Below are positions 27,282-38,926 of a stretch of 64,000 bases of DNA, piece by piece. The translations under genes were made by a program, and so were the position numbers. A model generated the notes under the pieces. It searched no databases and was not told the origin of the DNA. It saw nothing but the letters and a program-made list of their open reading frames with translations. The stretch comes from Nostoc sp. (GTDB taxonomy: Bacteria > Cyanobacteriota > Cyanobacteriia > Cyanobacteriales > Nostocaceae): positions 2,302 to 66,301 of the forward strand of contig NZ_DASQZC010000559.1 in NCBI RefSeq assembly GCF_035638895.1. Reading direction: 5' to 3'. Every line of letters starts with the position of its first letter. The first letter of the stretch is position 1.

Positions 27282-29612
27282 CTAACTAGTGAGAAAAATG
27301 TATGCGCCCCAAGCCTGTGCTGCAACTGCTAAAAAAGTAGACCAAATGGGATGAGGGCTATGAAGGGTTTTACCACTTTGAGTTTCCAGGGTTTGGATAT
27401 CGATCCAAGGTGTTGCTCCTCGCCGAAACCAACCTGTGACGATAATTTGCCTACCAATTAGATCCTGGTGATTGACTTGTCCTAGCCAGGAAATGTGGTG
27501 TAATTTCACTAAACCTGCGCTGGATTGAAGGATTAAATCTTGCGCTAGGGAGTTACTAGTGCCTTGACGACCTAATAATTTACCCACAAGACGCACGCTG
27601 ATGCTATCAATTGGTAAGGCAGAAGGATCAGCTAATAGATTGGGTAGGTAATCGTCAGTTTGCACAGTGGCAGGTTTAATATCGGGGAAGAAAGAATTAA
27701 TCCGCATCACTGTACCGATGCTAAAGCCAATTAGAAGGCAGCCTGTAATGAAAGACCAATCTTCATATATCCACTTTAGATTTAAAAACTTGAGTGCGAA
27801 TGCTAGTTGCCACGTTAGCCAGACGAAAGCTGCAAACAGAATCCCTAGAGGAATTCCTAACCAAGGAGCGATTTGTAATAAGAAAGACTGACGCTTAACT
27901 TTTAATGGTTCGCTTGCAAAATGTAGTTCGGTGTCTAGATGCCAGTGACGGGCTATTTGGCAGAGGCGTTCGATGCGATCGCCCATCAAGGGATGACTGT
28001 TATTAATTGTAAACCATCGGCGATAGGGATTGGCAGTATCCCACTTCAAAAAGGCTTCAAAAGATAGATTGCTGGCAATAGTTCCCAAAGAAAGGCTCTG
28101 TTGGTGGCTGACTGGTGTCAGGAGATTTAAGCTTTCTAGTTGCCAACTAGTTTTTTCCTCTTTTTGGATATCAGCTGCAATGCCAATGGCGATTTTGAGT
28201 AAAGCGCGAATCAGGGCATTGGGATTACCAGTAATTTCAGAGGCAATGCGATCGCTATAATAAAGCCGCAACCGTGACAACCACAATGCAGTCCCAGTCA
28301 GCAAACACCAAACTCCATAAACGATACTAGCCAGAATTGTCACCGGATAGCGCCAAATCCCTGATATTTTATCTCCCCAGTTCGACACTTGCTGATATAG
28401 CTGATGAATTGGTAGTGTGACCAGCAGCAACAAAGACATCACAGCAAAATCCCAGTGAGCAATATGCCCTAGCTGCGTGGCGTAGATAATGGCGATTTCA
28501 TCATCAGCTAGTTGCTCTAATAGCCCCTGACTTACAACAATCCTGGCATTACGTGGTAAACTACCGTAAGTCAGGATAATTGGTGCAGCCATTGGTAAAA
28601 TCCGCAGTTTGGGTAACGGCCAGTGCCTCTGTTGGCAACAACGTTGTAGCACCCGAACAGCTTCGCGGCTATGGGCATTCAATACATCTTTAGGAAATTC
28701 TCGTTGGCCATACAAGTTCGCCAGTAGCAAATCCAACAACCAAGGTGATACTCCGATCAAAATCACCAATACTATTAGCAACAATTTAGTAGGGTTGCTG
28801 TATAAAAGCTGCAATGGCTCCAGATAAGGTAGTTTGACTAAACTCTGGTTGATGAATCCCATTGCGAACTTGAGCATTTCTCGGATCACCCAAAACAGAG
28901 CGATGAATGTTCCTGCTGTCAGCAGCCGCAAAGGAATTAATTTCGGTTTGCGTAGGGGTTGCCATGCTCTGGCGCGTTGTGCTTGTCGCCAATAAATAAC
29001 GCCGAATAATTTAGCTTGGGTGCGGGTAACAGAACCCATGAAGCCGCTTAAGGGTACAGAGCCTGCTGCTGGCGGTGGCGGTGGCGGTGGTGTCGCTACT
29101 GTAGCTTTGAGTTTAGCTAGTGGCACCATCGACGGGGTGTTGTTGCTCTTAGTTTCTATTACTTGATGTTTTGGTTCCTCTAATGTAGGAGTTTCCCGGG
29201 GAGTAACTGGGGTTGAATCTGGCGTTGAATCTGGCGTTGAATTATTAAAAGCAACAAATCCAGTTTCGACATTTTTTGATTCTTGATCGCGTTTTTGGCG
29301 TTTTGTTAGGTGTTCGAGAGCGCGTGTTGCCCACTCTTGAACTTGCGGATTGTTACTCTCAATGAGATTCTGAGAAATAGTGATCGCTTTGGAGGCTTCT
29401 CCAATTCGTGCATAAGCCATCACTAAACCAACCTGGGCTTGTAAGCTAGCAGTACCATTATGGCTGCTAGCAATAGGTTCTAGTTGAGCGATCGCGGTTT
29501 GGTAATTTCCCTGCTTGAGGGCAACTAAACCAGCCTCCAAAGACGGTTTGGCATGTGAAGGCATACAAATTCTGGCACTCCAATCTCTTCTAAGTGATCC
29601 ACGTTTGTGCAA
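27282..29612 (-). CDS. TPR + polytopic M48-peptidase-like membrane protein with a degenerate HEXXH motif
   Basis: 776 aa with an N-terminal TPR-like region, a Pro-rich linker and TM segments. The M48 zinc site reads ATQLGHIAHWD instead of HELGH. The likely true start is MPSHAKP (about 29564). Confidence 0.7.
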   Translation of the reverse strand: MHKRGSLRRDWSARICMPSHAKPSLEAGLVALKQGNYQTAIAQLEPIASSHNGTASLQAQVGLVMAYARIGEASKAITISQNLIESNNPQVQEWATRALEHLTKRQKRDQESKNVETGFVAFNNSTPDSTPDSTPVTPRETPTLEEPKHQVIETKSNNTPSMVPLAKLKATVATPPPPPPPAAGSVPLSGFMGSVTRTQAKLFGVIYWRQAQRARAWQPLRKPKLIPLRLLTAGTFIALFWVIREMLKFAMGFINQSLVKLPYLEPLQLLYSNPTKLLLIVLVILIGVSPWLLDLLLANLYGQREFPKDVLNAHSREAVRVLQRCCQQRHWPLPKLRILPMAAPIILTYGSLPRNARIVVSQGLLEQLADDEIAIIYATQLGHIAHWDFAVMSLLLLVTLPIHQLYQQVSNWGDKISGIWRYPVTILASIVYGVWCLLTGTALWLSRLRLYYSDRIASEITGNPNALIRALLKIAIGIAADIQKEEKTSWQLESLNLLTPVSHQQSLSLGTIASNLSFEAFLKWDTANPYRRWFTINNSHPLMGDRIERLCQIARHWHLDTELHFASEPLKVKRQSFLLQIAPWLGIPLGILFAAFVWLTWQLAFALKFLNLKWIYEDWSFITGCLLIGFSIGTVMRINSFFPDIKPATVQTDDYLPNLLADPSALPIDSISVRLVGKLLGRQGTSNSLAQDLILQSSAGLVKLHHISWLGQVNHQDLIGRQIIVTGWFRRGATPWIDIQTLETQSGKTLHSPHPIWSTFLAVAAQAWGAYIFLTS

Positions 29613-29761
29613 AAGCGCGAACCTCGGATACCGTGGAAATCAACCGCGCCCAAGTTTTGCTTGTCAAGTGAATGATAAAGATTGAATCCAGGAGTCAGGA
29701 GTCAGAATTCAGTTAGCTATTTTGTAGGACTAATTCTGAATTCTGGATTCTGTATTCTTCT

Positions 29762-31390
29762 TCATTCTTCCACTGGTTGTTGACTAGAAAAAACTGGAGC
29801 GATCGCGCTTAATTTTAACTCTGGATGGTCGCCCAGTAATTGTTGACAATTCCATTCATTGCGGAATAGCAACACTGGCCGTCCCATACTGTCTTTAACT
29901 GTAGTGGTATTGAATATTCGTCCCACTTTTTCTAATGCTTCCCAACCACCCTCAACCCAACGGGCGACACTGTAGGGCAATGAATCTAGTATGGTTTCTA
30001 CACCATACTCGTTTTGTAAGCGAAACTGTACCACCTCGAATTGCAACTGACCCACCGCCGCCAAAATTGGATCGCGCTTGGCTTCATCAGTTGAATACAT
30101 AATTTGTACAGCACCTTCTTCTCGCAATTCCGCAACGCCTTTTTGGAATTGTTTAGACTTCGAGGGGTTGGGATTCCTCAGAGATGCGAACAGTTCCGGC
30201 GAGAAATACGGAATCCCCTCATATTCGAGCTTTTGTCCCGTGTAAATTGTATCCCCGATCGCAAAAACACCGGGATTGTTCAAACCGATCACATCGCCAG
30301 GATAAGCCACATCAATCGATTCTCGCTCTTGAGCAAAGAGTTTTTGCGGGCGAGAAAGACGAATGGGTTTACCAATGCGGGCGTGATTCACCATCATATC
30401 TTTTTCAAACTTACCAGTGCAGACCCGGATAAATGCGACGCGATCGCGGTGTTTCGGGTCCATGTTCGCTTGCAGTTTGAAGACAAACCCTGAGAATTCC
30501 GGGTATGTAGGAGCAACTTCGCCAACACTGCTGTAGTGAGAACCAGGTTTAAGGGCATAGTCGAGGAAATACTTGAGGAATAACTCTACCCCAAAGTTGG
30601 TCATGGCGCTACCAAAGAACACAGGCGTCATTTTGCCTTCATGTATCAGCTGCAAATCTAACTCTGGCCCAACTCCATCTAACAGTTCTAAATCATTTTT
30701 TAGTTGGTAGTATAAGCTTTGTTCTAACTGATTTTCTATTCTCGGATCAGTTAATTCGACTATCGTATCACGGGCTTCTCGGCTGCCGTGGGCGCTGCGT
30801 TCAAAGAGGTGAATCTGTTGCTTATGTCGATCAAAAACACCTTTAAAGCGATCGCCCATACCAATCGGCCAGTTTACCGCATAGGTTTGCAATCCCAATT
30901 CTTGCTCAATTTCATCCAAAAGTTCCAGAGGTTCTCTTCCTGGGCGATCGAGCTTGTTGATAAACGTAAAAATCGGGATACCCCGCAACTTACACACCTC
31001 AAACAATTTGCGGGTTTGGGGTTCCAAACCTTTTGCCGCATCAATCAACATCACTGCATTATCGGCGGCGGCAAGGGTGCGATAAGTATCTTCACTGAAG
31101 TCTTGGTGTCCTGGTGTGTCTAATAAATTTATCTGACAGTCCCGGTATTCAAATTGCAACACGGTGGAAGTAATAGAAATACCCCGTTGTTGCTCCATCG
31201 CCATCCAGTCAGAGGTCGCTTTGCGCTGTGCCCGTCGCGCCTTAACCGCCCCAGCTTCGTGAATTGCACCTCCGTACAGGAGGAGTTTTTCTGTTAGTGT
31301 AGTTTTACCTGCATCAGGGTGAGAAATAATCGCAAAGTTGCGGCGAAGTTCAACTGCTTGAATAAGTTCAGACTCAAGTTCAGTAGACAT
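29762..31390 (-). CDS. prfC: peptide chain release factor 3
   Basis: 542 aa with GTPase motifs [17 protein letters not shown] and NKLD. The overall sequence is of RF3 type. Confidence 0.95.
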   Translation of the reverse strand: MSTELESELIQAVELRRNFAIISHPDAGKTTLTEKLLLYGGAIHEAGAVKARRAQRKATSDWMAMEQQRGISITSTVLQFEYRDCQINLLDTPGHQDFSEDTYRTLAAADNAVMLIDAAKGLEPQTRKLFEVCKLRGIPIFTFINKLDRPGREPLELLDEIEQELGLQTYAVNWPIGMGDRFKGVFDRHKQQIHLFERSAHGSREARDTIVELTDPRIENQLEQSLYYQLKNDLELLDGVGPELDLQLIHEGKMTPVFFGSAMTNFGVELFLKYFLDYALKPGSHYSSVGEVAPTYPEFSGFVFKLQANMDPKHRDRVAFIRVCTGKFEKDMMVNHARIGKPIRLSRPQKLFAQERESIDVAYPGDVIGLNNPGVFAIGDTIYTGQKLEYEGIPYFSPELFASLRNPNPSKSKQFQKGVAELREEGAVQIMYSTDEAKRDPILAAVGQLQFEVVQFRLQNEYGVETILDSLPYSVARWVEGGWEALEKVGRIFNTTTVKDSMGRPVLLFRNEWNCQQLLGDHPELKLSAIAPVFSSQQPVEE

Positions 31391-31511
31391 AAGTGTATTT
31401 GTTTGTTGGTTAACTTAATTTTTTTTGATGGTAAGTCTTTTAATCTTAAGACAACGATGTTCGTGATAGGGTCGTAATATGACCAACAATCTGACTAAAT
31501 AGGAGAAAGCA

Positions 31512-31871
31512 ATGTACGACACAGACAAGCGAAAGCTTCTATCTGGCTTATCGCATGGAGCCATTTTTCTCAGCACGACATTGGTATCTGTAGGTATACC
31601 TATTGCCATACTGTTCGTATCTGATGATCCTATTGTTAAAGAAAACGCCAAAGAATCCATTAATTTCCACTTTAATGTCTGGCTTTATGGAGGAATTCTG
31701 GGAGCGCTGTTTTTTCTATTCGGTTGGTTAGTGTTACCTCTATTATTGCTCGGGCCATTAGCCGGTCTGGGATATCTATTGCACTGGGGATTAACAATTT
31801 GGGCGCTCATCAAAGTTTTCGGCAATCCTGATATACCCTTCCGTTATCCTTATATTTTCCGAGTTTTTTAA
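31512..31871 (+). CDS. DUF4870-like small membrane protein
   Basis: 119 aa with 3-4 TM segments. The family assignment is by recall only. Confidence 0.6.
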   Translation: MYDTDKRKLLSGLSHGAIFLSTTLVSVGIPIAILFVSDDPIVKENAKESINFHFNVWLYGGILGALFFLFGWLVLPLLLLGPLAGLGYLLHWGLTIWALIKVFGNPDIPFRYPYIFRVF

Positions 31872-32272
31872 TGAGAATTAGGGCATGAGGCATGAGGCAT
31901 TGCTAATTGTCAGTTATTTGCTACCAAGTAAGTACAACATCTCATGAATTCGTAGCGAATTCTCTGCGTGCCTCTGCGTTTACCTCTGCGCCACTTTGTG
32001 TTTAAATTTCCACCCTCAATTTGCCAAGATTTTGCCAACAGACAGTTTTATCATTTTGAATTTTGAATTGCTTACTATGTTGTTTTTTTTCCAGCCCGTC
32101 GGATAGATGCAACCAAGCTGTAGAATACAAAATTGCCCCACAACTTGATTAAGAGTAGGGCAAAGGACAGTTAAGCACTGTTTGTAGTCTGTCTGACGGC
32201 AGGAAAATTTTAGCCTGCTTTTGTGACGCTTTGTTTTGTGTCCATTTGCGTTGTTTTTCTTTATAAAATTTT

Positions 32273-33253
32273 ATGTTTCCTACACATCGCCCCCGTCGTC
32301 TGCGTACTCATCCTCAACTGCGCCGGATGGTTCGTGAAACTGTTTTGACAACAAGCGATTTAATTTACCCACTATTTGCTGTACCGGGTGAGGGAATCGC
32401 TAACGAAGTAAAATCGATGCCCGGAGTCTACCAACTTTCGGTAGATAAAATTGTCGAAGAGGCAAAAGAAGTTTACGACTTAGGAATTCCTTCGATTATT
32501 TTATTTGGGATTCCAGCTGATAAAGATGTGGATGCCACTGGCGCTTGGCATGATTGCGGTATCGTCCAAAAAGCTGCGACTGCGGTAAAAGCAGCAGTGC
32601 CAGATTTGATTGTAATTGCTGATACTTGTTTATGTGAGTACACCAGTCACGGTCATTGTGGTTATTTACAAACTGGTGATTTGACAGGACGAGTTTTAAA
32701 TGATCCAACTCTGGAATTGTTGAAAAAAACAGCAGTTTCGCAAGCGAAAGCCGGTGCTGATATCATTGCGCCTTCTGGAATGATGGATGGCTTTGTCCAG
32801 GCAATTCGTCAGGGTTTGGATGAAGCCGGATTTCAAGATACGCCGATTTTGTCTTATGCCGCTAAGTATGCTTCGGGTTATTATGGCCCATTTCGGGATG
32901 CAGCAGACTCGACACCGCAATTTGGGGACAGAAGAACTTACCAAATGGACCCAGGTAACGCCCGCGAAGCGATTAAAGAAATTGAATTGGATATCGCTGA
33001 AGGTGCGGATATGCTCATGGTTAAGCCAGCTTTGGCATACATGGACATTATCTGGCGGGTGAAAGAAGCGAGTAACTTACCAGTTGCGGCTTACAATGTT
33101 TCTGGTGAGTATGCGATGGTAAAAGCTGCGGCTCTCAATGGTTGGATTGATGAGGAGCGCGTGGTTATGGAAACTTTAACTGGGTTTAAACGGGCTGGGG
33201 CAGATTTGATTTTGACCTACCACGCCAAAGATGCGGCGCGATGGTTAAAGTAG
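32273..33253 (+). CDS. hemB: porphobilinogen synthase (delta-aminolevulinate dehydratase), Zn-type
   Basis: 326 aa with the Cys-rich metal site [14 protein letters not shown] and an active-site Lys region (MVKPA). Confidence 0.95.
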   Translation: MFPTHRPRRLRTHPQLRRMVRETVLTTSDLIYPLFAVPGEGIANEVKSMPGVYQLSVDKIVEEAKEVYDLGIPSIILFGIPADKDVDATGAWHDCGIVQKAATAVKAAVPDLIVIADTCLCEYTSHGHCGYLQTGDLTGRVLNDPTLELLKKTAVSQAKAGADIIAPSGMMDGFVQAIRQGLDEAGFQDTPILSYAAKYASGYYGPFRDAADSTPQFGDRRTYQMDPGNAREAIKEIELDIAEGADMLMVKPALAYMDIIWRVKEASNLPVAAYNVSGEYAMVKAAALNGWIDEERVVMETLTGFKRAGADLILTYHAKDAARWLK

Positions 33254-33590
33254 AGACAAACGCTGGCTAATCTTACAAGCGGGTAAAAGTTTGGTTTAGA
33301 GGCGGGGTGGACACCCTGAACATCTGCTGCAAGATGTAGCAATGGATTTATAGGAACGCTCAAACCGTAAGTTATTCCGCTAAGGTGTCGAAGCGCTGAT
33401 CAAAGGAGCATGAAGATTGATCCACAAAGAAGACCCCTGGTTTGCACCAGAGGTCTTTGCATTTAACAACGTTGTAAAATTCATTAGCAACGTAAAACGC
33501 TGATATGGTTAATTAGTGGCTTTTGTGCCATGAATGCAAAAATAGCAACCCAATTGCCAATTCCAGACATGTTACTCCTATACCTAAAAT

Positions 33591-33619
33591 GCGTAGGCGC
33601 AGCCCGCCGCAGGCATCGC
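33591..33619. repeat. Dispersed about-28-bp repeat, copy 5 (reverse orientation)
   Basis: GCGTAGGCGCAGCCCGCCGCAGGCATCGC. Confidence 0.75.
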
Positions 33620-33683
33620 GAACATTTAGGTGCAGACCTAGAAATCTAATGCTGCGACAAAAACTTCATTATTATGCAAGGTT

Positions 33684-33917
33684 TTAGGAGAAATTTTCCC
33701 AACATTGGGCAACTAATTGGCTCAACCAGCGACGTTGTTGCTGATCCAGCAATGGATCATCTGCTAGCAACTGAGCGGTTAATTCTTCTAAAGATTGACC
33801 CTGAGCGCGGACAATTTTAATTACTCCAGCGATCGCACTGGCAACTAGTTCTTCATCAATCGGCTGTTGTCGTAGGGCAACAATTTCTTGGGGACTGTCT
33901 GGAATGGGATAATTCAT
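33684..33917 (-). CDS. hypothetical small acidic protein
   Basis: 77-aa ORF with a clean coding appearance and no recognised motif. Confidence 0.5.
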   Translation of the reverse strand: MNYPIPDSPQEIVALRQQPIDEELVASAIAGVIKIVRAQGQSLEELTAQLLADDPLLDQQQRRWLSQLVAQCWENFS

Positions 33918-34077
33918 GGCGTGGGTTTACAGAAATACAAAATGTACAATAAATTTGACAAATTCTTAAAATTTCTTCATTGAATCTTTATGAAAGTAGT
34001 AGGGCGGAGCATACCTCTCTTTGTGCCTTCATAAAATCTGTCTTAGTGAGTAGATTGATCGGAGATGTCAGGAAACG

Positions 34078-36201
34078 ATGAGAGAAATTCTTTATTTAGA
34101 AGTTCCAACTTCGGATATAGCAACTGTACGTAGCTGGCTACAAACAGATTTTGAACCCGGAAATGGAGAAAAAGTACTTACCTCGGAAGGCTTTCGCCTC
34201 AAAATCCCCACTGCAACTACAACTGCTACCGGGACTATTTCCGAACACTTGCCTGCGGAACTTTCGATATTTGTCTGGTCGGTGCAACGAACTACTTATC
34301 TGAAAGTGTTTCGTTGGGCAGAACAACCCTTTCCCAAAGAGGGGCAGATTTTGCAACACCTAACCAAAGAAATCAGAAGCCGTTTTCCGCATCATTACCC
34401 AGAACCGCCAGCAATTGATTTATCTAAGCAATCAATATTTGCAGCACTAGGCTCTGCTTACCCCCTCACCGTCAAGTATTTTCAGAAAATGCCCAACGGT
34501 GAATATGATCTAACGCGTGCCTACTGGTGGGAACAACGATGGCGCGAAGGGGTACGGAATCCGCAGCAGCCTCGTCAGGTGGTGTTTTCTAGTCGAGGGG
34601 ACTGGGGAAAAGGTAATCCCAATACCCAATCCCTAATACCTAATCCCCACTACGACATCATCTACATCGGCGGCGCACTAGGCGCGATTCATGCAGCACT
34701 GATGGCAAAACTCGGATATAAAGTCCTGCTGGTGGAACGAATGCCCTTTGGGCGGATGAACCGAGAATGGAATATTTCCCGCGATGAGATTCAAAGCTTA
34801 GTTAACCTGGGTTTAGTCACCCCCGCTGAGTTAGAGACCATCATTGCCAGAGAATACAAAGACGGATTCAATAAGTTTTTTGATGCTAATAATCCAGCCA
34901 AACTGCGATCGCCCGTCCTCCACACACCCACAGTCCTAAATTTAGGCTTAGATTCCGAAAAATGGCTCCAAATGTGTGGGCAAAAACTGCAAGCGGCAGG
35001 CGGTGAAATCTGGGATGAAACAGAGTTTATCCGTGCAGATATTGATATATCACAAGTACTTTTGAAAGTCAAGCACTTACCCAGTCAGGTTGAGAAGCAA
35101 GTAAGTGGACGACTGTTAATAGATGCAATGGGAACTGCATCGCCCATAGCTTGGCAATTAAATGGTGGTCGTGCTTTTGATAGTGTATGTCCAACGGTGG
35201 GAGCGGCAATTGAGAGCGGATTTGAGCCGGAAGTATGGGATTCCCAATATGGAGACGTTCTTTACAGTCATGGGGATATCTCGCGGGGAAGACAGTTGAT
35301 TTGGGAACTGTTTCCTGGGGCAGATGATGAACTAACGATTTATTTATTTCATTACCATGAGGTCAATACTGAAAATCCCGGTTCCTTGCTAGAGATGTAC
35401 GAAGACTTTTTCACGATTTTGCCAGAGTATCGCAGGTGCGATATGGACAAATTGGTGTGGAAGAAGCCGACATTTGGATATATACCGGGGCATTTTAGTG
35501 TGGGAAGTAGCGATCGCACAGTTGCCTTTGATCGATTGATTGCGATCGGTGATGCTGCATCACTCCAGTCTCCCCTCGTCTTCACCGGTTTTGGTTCGCT
35601 AGTTCGCAACTTAGAGCGTTTAACAACTCTGTTGGATACTGCTCTCAAACATGACTTGTTGAGTTTCCGCCACTTGAACCAAATTCGTGCTTACCAAAGC
35701 AACGTTTCGGTCACTTGGCTATTTTCCAAAGGCATGATGGTACCCACAGGGAAATTTTTACCGCCCCAACGGATTAACTCCATGCTCAACACCTTCTTTG
35801 GACTGTTAGCAGACGAACCCCAGGAAGTAGCAGATAACTTCATCAAAGATAGGTGTGATTGGTTAACCTTTAACCGCCTTGCACTCAAAGCAGCTAGAAA
35901 AAATCCTGCTTTACTTTTATGGATTTGGCAACTTGCTGGCCCCAGAGATTTAGGGCGATGGCTTGGTAGTTATTTCAACTTCGGTCGTCATGCCCTAATT
36001 AGCTCTTTGCTGAGTCCGTGGTTCGGGGATTTCTTGAACCGGGTAGGTTTTTGGCTAGAACCCCGGAATCCGGGATTGTGGCTGTGGTTATTGGCGATTA
36101 ATTATGCGATCGCCACAGGCAAACCGCGATCGCGCTCTCAAGTAGAAAAAGCCAACCCAGAAGCCATAATTCCGAAGTCAGAAGTAAGAATTAGTCATTA
36201 G
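34078..36201 (+). CDS. FAD-dependent oxidoreductase, CruA/CruP lycopene-cyclase-like
   Basis: 707 aa with the dinucleotide-binding motif DIIYIGGALGAIHAALMAKLGYKVLLVE after a 190-aa N-terminal extension. The length and layout recall cyanobacterial CruA, but the functional call is tentative. The stop codon lies inside an STRR array. Confidence 0.6.
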   Translation: MREILYLEVPTSDIATVRSWLQTDFEPGNGEKVLTSEGFRLKIPTATTTATGTISEHLPAELSIFVWSVQRTTYLKVFRWAEQPFPKEGQILQHLTKEIRSRFPHHYPEPPAIDLSKQSIFAALGSAYPLTVKYFQKMPNGEYDLTRAYWWEQRWREGVRNPQQPRQVVFSSRGDWGKGNPNTQSLIPNPHYDIIYIGGALGAIHAALMAKLGYKVLLVERMPFGRMNREWNISRDEIQSLVNLGLVTPAELETIIAREYKDGFNKFFDANNPAKLRSPVLHTPTVLNLGLDSEKWLQMCGQKLQAAGGEIWDETEFIRADIDISQVLLKVKHLPSQVEKQVSGRLLIDAMGTASPIAWQLNGGRAFDSVCPTVGAAIESGFEPEVWDSQYGDVLYSHGDISRGRQLIWELFPGADDELTIYLFHYHEVNTENPGSLLEMYEDFFTILPEYRRCDMDKLVWKKPTFGYIPGHFSVGSSDRTVAFDRLIAIGDAASLQSPLVFTGFGSLVRNLERLTTLLDTALKHDLLSFRHLNQIRAYQSNVSVTWLFSKGMMVPTGKFLPPQRINSMLNTFFGLLADEPQEVADNFIKDRCDWLTFNRLALKAARKNPALLLWIWQLAGPRDLGRWLGSYFNFGRHALISSLLSPWFGDFLNRVGFWLEPRNPGLWLWLLAINYAIATGKPRSRSQVEKANPEAIIPKSEVRISH

Positions 36202-36252
36202 TCATTGGTCATTAGTATTAGACAAAGGACTAAGGACAAATGACTAATGACA
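36191..36252. repeat. STRR array (TAGTCAT/TGGTCAT then GACAAAG-type)
   Basis: TTAGTCATTAGTCATTGGTCATTAGT...GACAAAGGACTAAGGACAAATGACTAATGACA lies between convergent genes. Confidence 0.85.
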
Positions 36253-36257
36253 ACTAA

Positions 36258-37805
36258 CTATTGACTCTTGGGGCGAAAATTTGGTAATTCCACAGATGCC
36301 AATGATTTACGCCCCTTGGGTGGACGCTGAGGATAAACTACTGGTGAAGGTGAACTTGTATCATTGGTGTCATCACCTAATGACTCTGGAGACAAATCAG
36401 TTGCCGACAATTCCAAATGTGTCAATTGTGATTCTGACCAGTAATCTTCAGTTCCTTCAGGCGGCGTCTCAGTATGAGGTGAAGTAGAAGAAACTGGTAA
36501 CTCATTGGCTGGTGAGACTACAGAATCTATTGTCCAAGAAGTGGAGGTAGTTGTAGGAGGATTAATTTCTGCTGCCAACTGCTCCTCCTGTGGATTTTCT
36601 AATTCCTCATCGTCTTCTAAGATTGTTGTTAAAGTCTCCCAGATAGGTGCATCATTACTATCCACATTCGTTTTCGCCGCAGGTGGTGGTGATCCAGATG
36701 CAGGCTGGGAGGTGAAAAACATTTGAATGAGACTATCTAATTGCTGATCTAAATTTGATGACCCTGAAGTTGAAACAGCTTCCGGTGTCTCTGGGGGATC
36801 ATCAATTTTTGGAGAAGGGCCTGATTCTGCTGGTGTTGAGGGATTTTGCTTAACTGACCAGTTCCAAGAAGATGATGGCGTCGGAGTCGGTTCATTTCTT
36901 TGGAATGGAATTGGTGCTGACGGTTCGCCCCAAGAATTATCTAGATCATCAGTCAGGGATTCTGGTTCTGCTGACCAAGGTTGAATTGGCTGGACGTTAG
37001 GAAACAAAGATCGAGCTTTTCTAGAAAATCTTCCTTGCCCACTAGTTATGTCTTTGGGATGTTTTGCAGTATCTTCTAGCGAGTCATAGTTAGGAACCGA
37101 TGTATCTAAACATTTTTCCAAAGCTGCTTTAAATTGCAGCGTTTGGCGTTGTTGTCGCATCAGCCTAGTACGTAACTCCCGACAAACAGTTTCTGATTGC
37201 AATAACTGCTGAGACTGTTCGCTACTGTTGGTGTGTAGCAACGTACATTCTCGCTCTAGCTGGGCAAGGCGTTGTTGGCTAATTTGTAGCTGTGCTTTAT
37301 AACTTTCGGCGAGAATTTCCTGGCGTTGAACAGTTTGTACAGCAGTTTCTAATTTTTGAAATAGGGATTTTATTTGCTCTTGAGCCGCAGCCAGTTCTTG
37401 AGCGTGTTGGTTGAGCATCGACTCACTAACGCTAGAACGTGTTTTCTGCCACTGCAAAACCTTTTCTGACTCAGCTAGGTTATCTTTTAGCTGCTCCACT
37501 TGTTCATACAAGTTATTGTTAGCTGCACGCAATTCTTCGTTCAATGCCAGCAGGTTCTGAAATTCTGAGTCAATAAGTGCTTGTTTGCCGCTTTCAGGCT
37601 CTGCAACCCAGTCTGCCTGGGTGGTATCTTTTGAAAATTGTGTATCTTCAGCTGGCATGAGGAGTGGCAGTTTGCTGACTGTCATATTGTCATTAGGCAC
37701 AACTGAGTAAAACGGACAACTCGCCTGCTCCGATTGTGGCGAATTAGCAGAATTTAGGGATTCCATCACAACCCCCTTGTTTGAGGTGTTAGCTTCATTC
37801 ATCAC
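36258..37805 (-). CDS. coiled-coil / low-complexity protein (hypothetical)
   Basis: 515 aa. The central heptad-rich region is rich in Q/E/L, and the C-terminal half is P/S/T-rich. Confidence 0.7.
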   Translation of the reverse strand: MMNEANTSNKGVVMESLNSANSPQSEQASCPFYSVVPNDNMTVSKLPLLMPAEDTQFSKDTTQADWVAEPESGKQALIDSEFQNLLALNEELRAANNNLYEQVEQLKDNLAESEKVLQWQKTRSSVSESMLNQHAQELAAAQEQIKSLFQKLETAVQTVQRQEILAESYKAQLQISQQRLAQLERECTLLHTNSSEQSQQLLQSETVCRELRTRLMRQQRQTLQFKAALEKCLDTSVPNYDSLEDTAKHPKDITSGQGRFSRKARSLFPNVQPIQPWSAEPESLTDDLDNSWGEPSAPIPFQRNEPTPTPSSSWNWSVKQNPSTPAESGPSPKIDDPPETPEAVSTSGSSNLDQQLDSLIQMFFTSQPASGSPPPAAKTNVDSNDAPIWETLTTILEDDEELENPQEEQLAAEINPPTTTSTSWTIDSVVSPANELPVSSTSPHTETPPEGTEDYWSESQLTHLELSATDLSPESLGDDTNDTSSPSPVVYPQRPPKGRKSLASVELPNFRPKSQ

Positions 37806-38926
37806 TCTTGACTCACCTGCTTAAAAATATTCAGCAGTGCTGGCATTAGCATTGCTTATTAACTGTGTCTAATCAGGGTTTGCTCTAGAAGCTAAGTTTA
37901 ACTCTCTCTAAGCGCCAGCAATTAATCATCAATTGGTGTTCCCTATTTTGTATCTAGACTGATGCCGTTATAACACTATGATGCTCTTGGCCGTCAAGAA
38001 GAGACGGTAGGGGAATTTGGGCTGCCTTCGGGGATGGGCGCAGAAAAGAGAAACCTGATGCTTAAAAACTAAACTGTATTGGCTGATGAAGTTTTTCGAG
38101 ATAAAAAAACTGCCTCACAACATAAATTATTGTCTATAATCGCATCCACCTTAATATATAAAATCAAAATGTATTGAATAATACATTTTTATGCTGAGTT
38201 TTTTATTACTTAGGATAGATGTCAGTACAAGTATCTACCGTTAACTAATCATTCTATAGGACTTACGCATTGACAGAGGCAACTAACTGCGAGTTAGCTC
38301 TAGTTACAAGACAGAGCCTTGTAATGCTTTTGTAGAAATTAGAGCCTCCTGGTTTTACGGTAGGCAGAGCCTGGGAACTAGGTAGAGTAAGACTTTTAGT
38401 TGAGCAAGCTTACCATTCACATGATGGTCAAGATGTAAGGTACTTAAGTACTATTGTGTTATTTTGGGCGATCGCTATTTCATGTCAGCAAAGAACCAAG
38501 AGCTTCTGCTAGACCTGAAATATTAGGCAACCATGATAATTACGGATAAATATTTATAAATCTTTGATAAAGAGGTAACAATTATTTTAAGTAAATTAAT
38601 AAAACTTTTTTAAAGAACAACCTTAACTTGATCCGGGGTTTTTTCTGAGTAAATATAGTCCTAGTAAGCAATTTCAAGCTTAGTTAGCGAGAGCTTTCTC
38701 TAACAACTTGCTTTCAATGTGTCAAGTTTATTTAATAACTACAAGAAAATTGTTTAAAGTATACTTGACTACTTATAGACATAAAGCACATAGTATATTA
38801 AATAACCAAAAAAAGTAAAATAATTAAGCAATTTTGCGGATACAGTTTTTAATTCATCTATTAAATAATAATTGGGATAACCGAGTTTTCCACTAGATAA
38901 AACAACATAAATAACACATATAAATT

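Noticed and set aside
33406-33462. 18-codon ORF (MKIDPQRRPLVCTRGLCI) with AAGGAG just upstream
   Set aside because: The Shine-Dalgarno-to-ATG spacing is only about 1 nt, and the ORF coincides with the terminator-like hairpin. It is most likely fortuitous.
38166-38189. Perfect A/T-rich palindrome AAAATGTATT-GAAT-AATACATTTT in the 1.1-kb spacer before the cupin gene
   Set aside because: It could be a weak bidirectional terminator, but the stem is almost all A-T and no transcript context is known. It is not strong enough to call.
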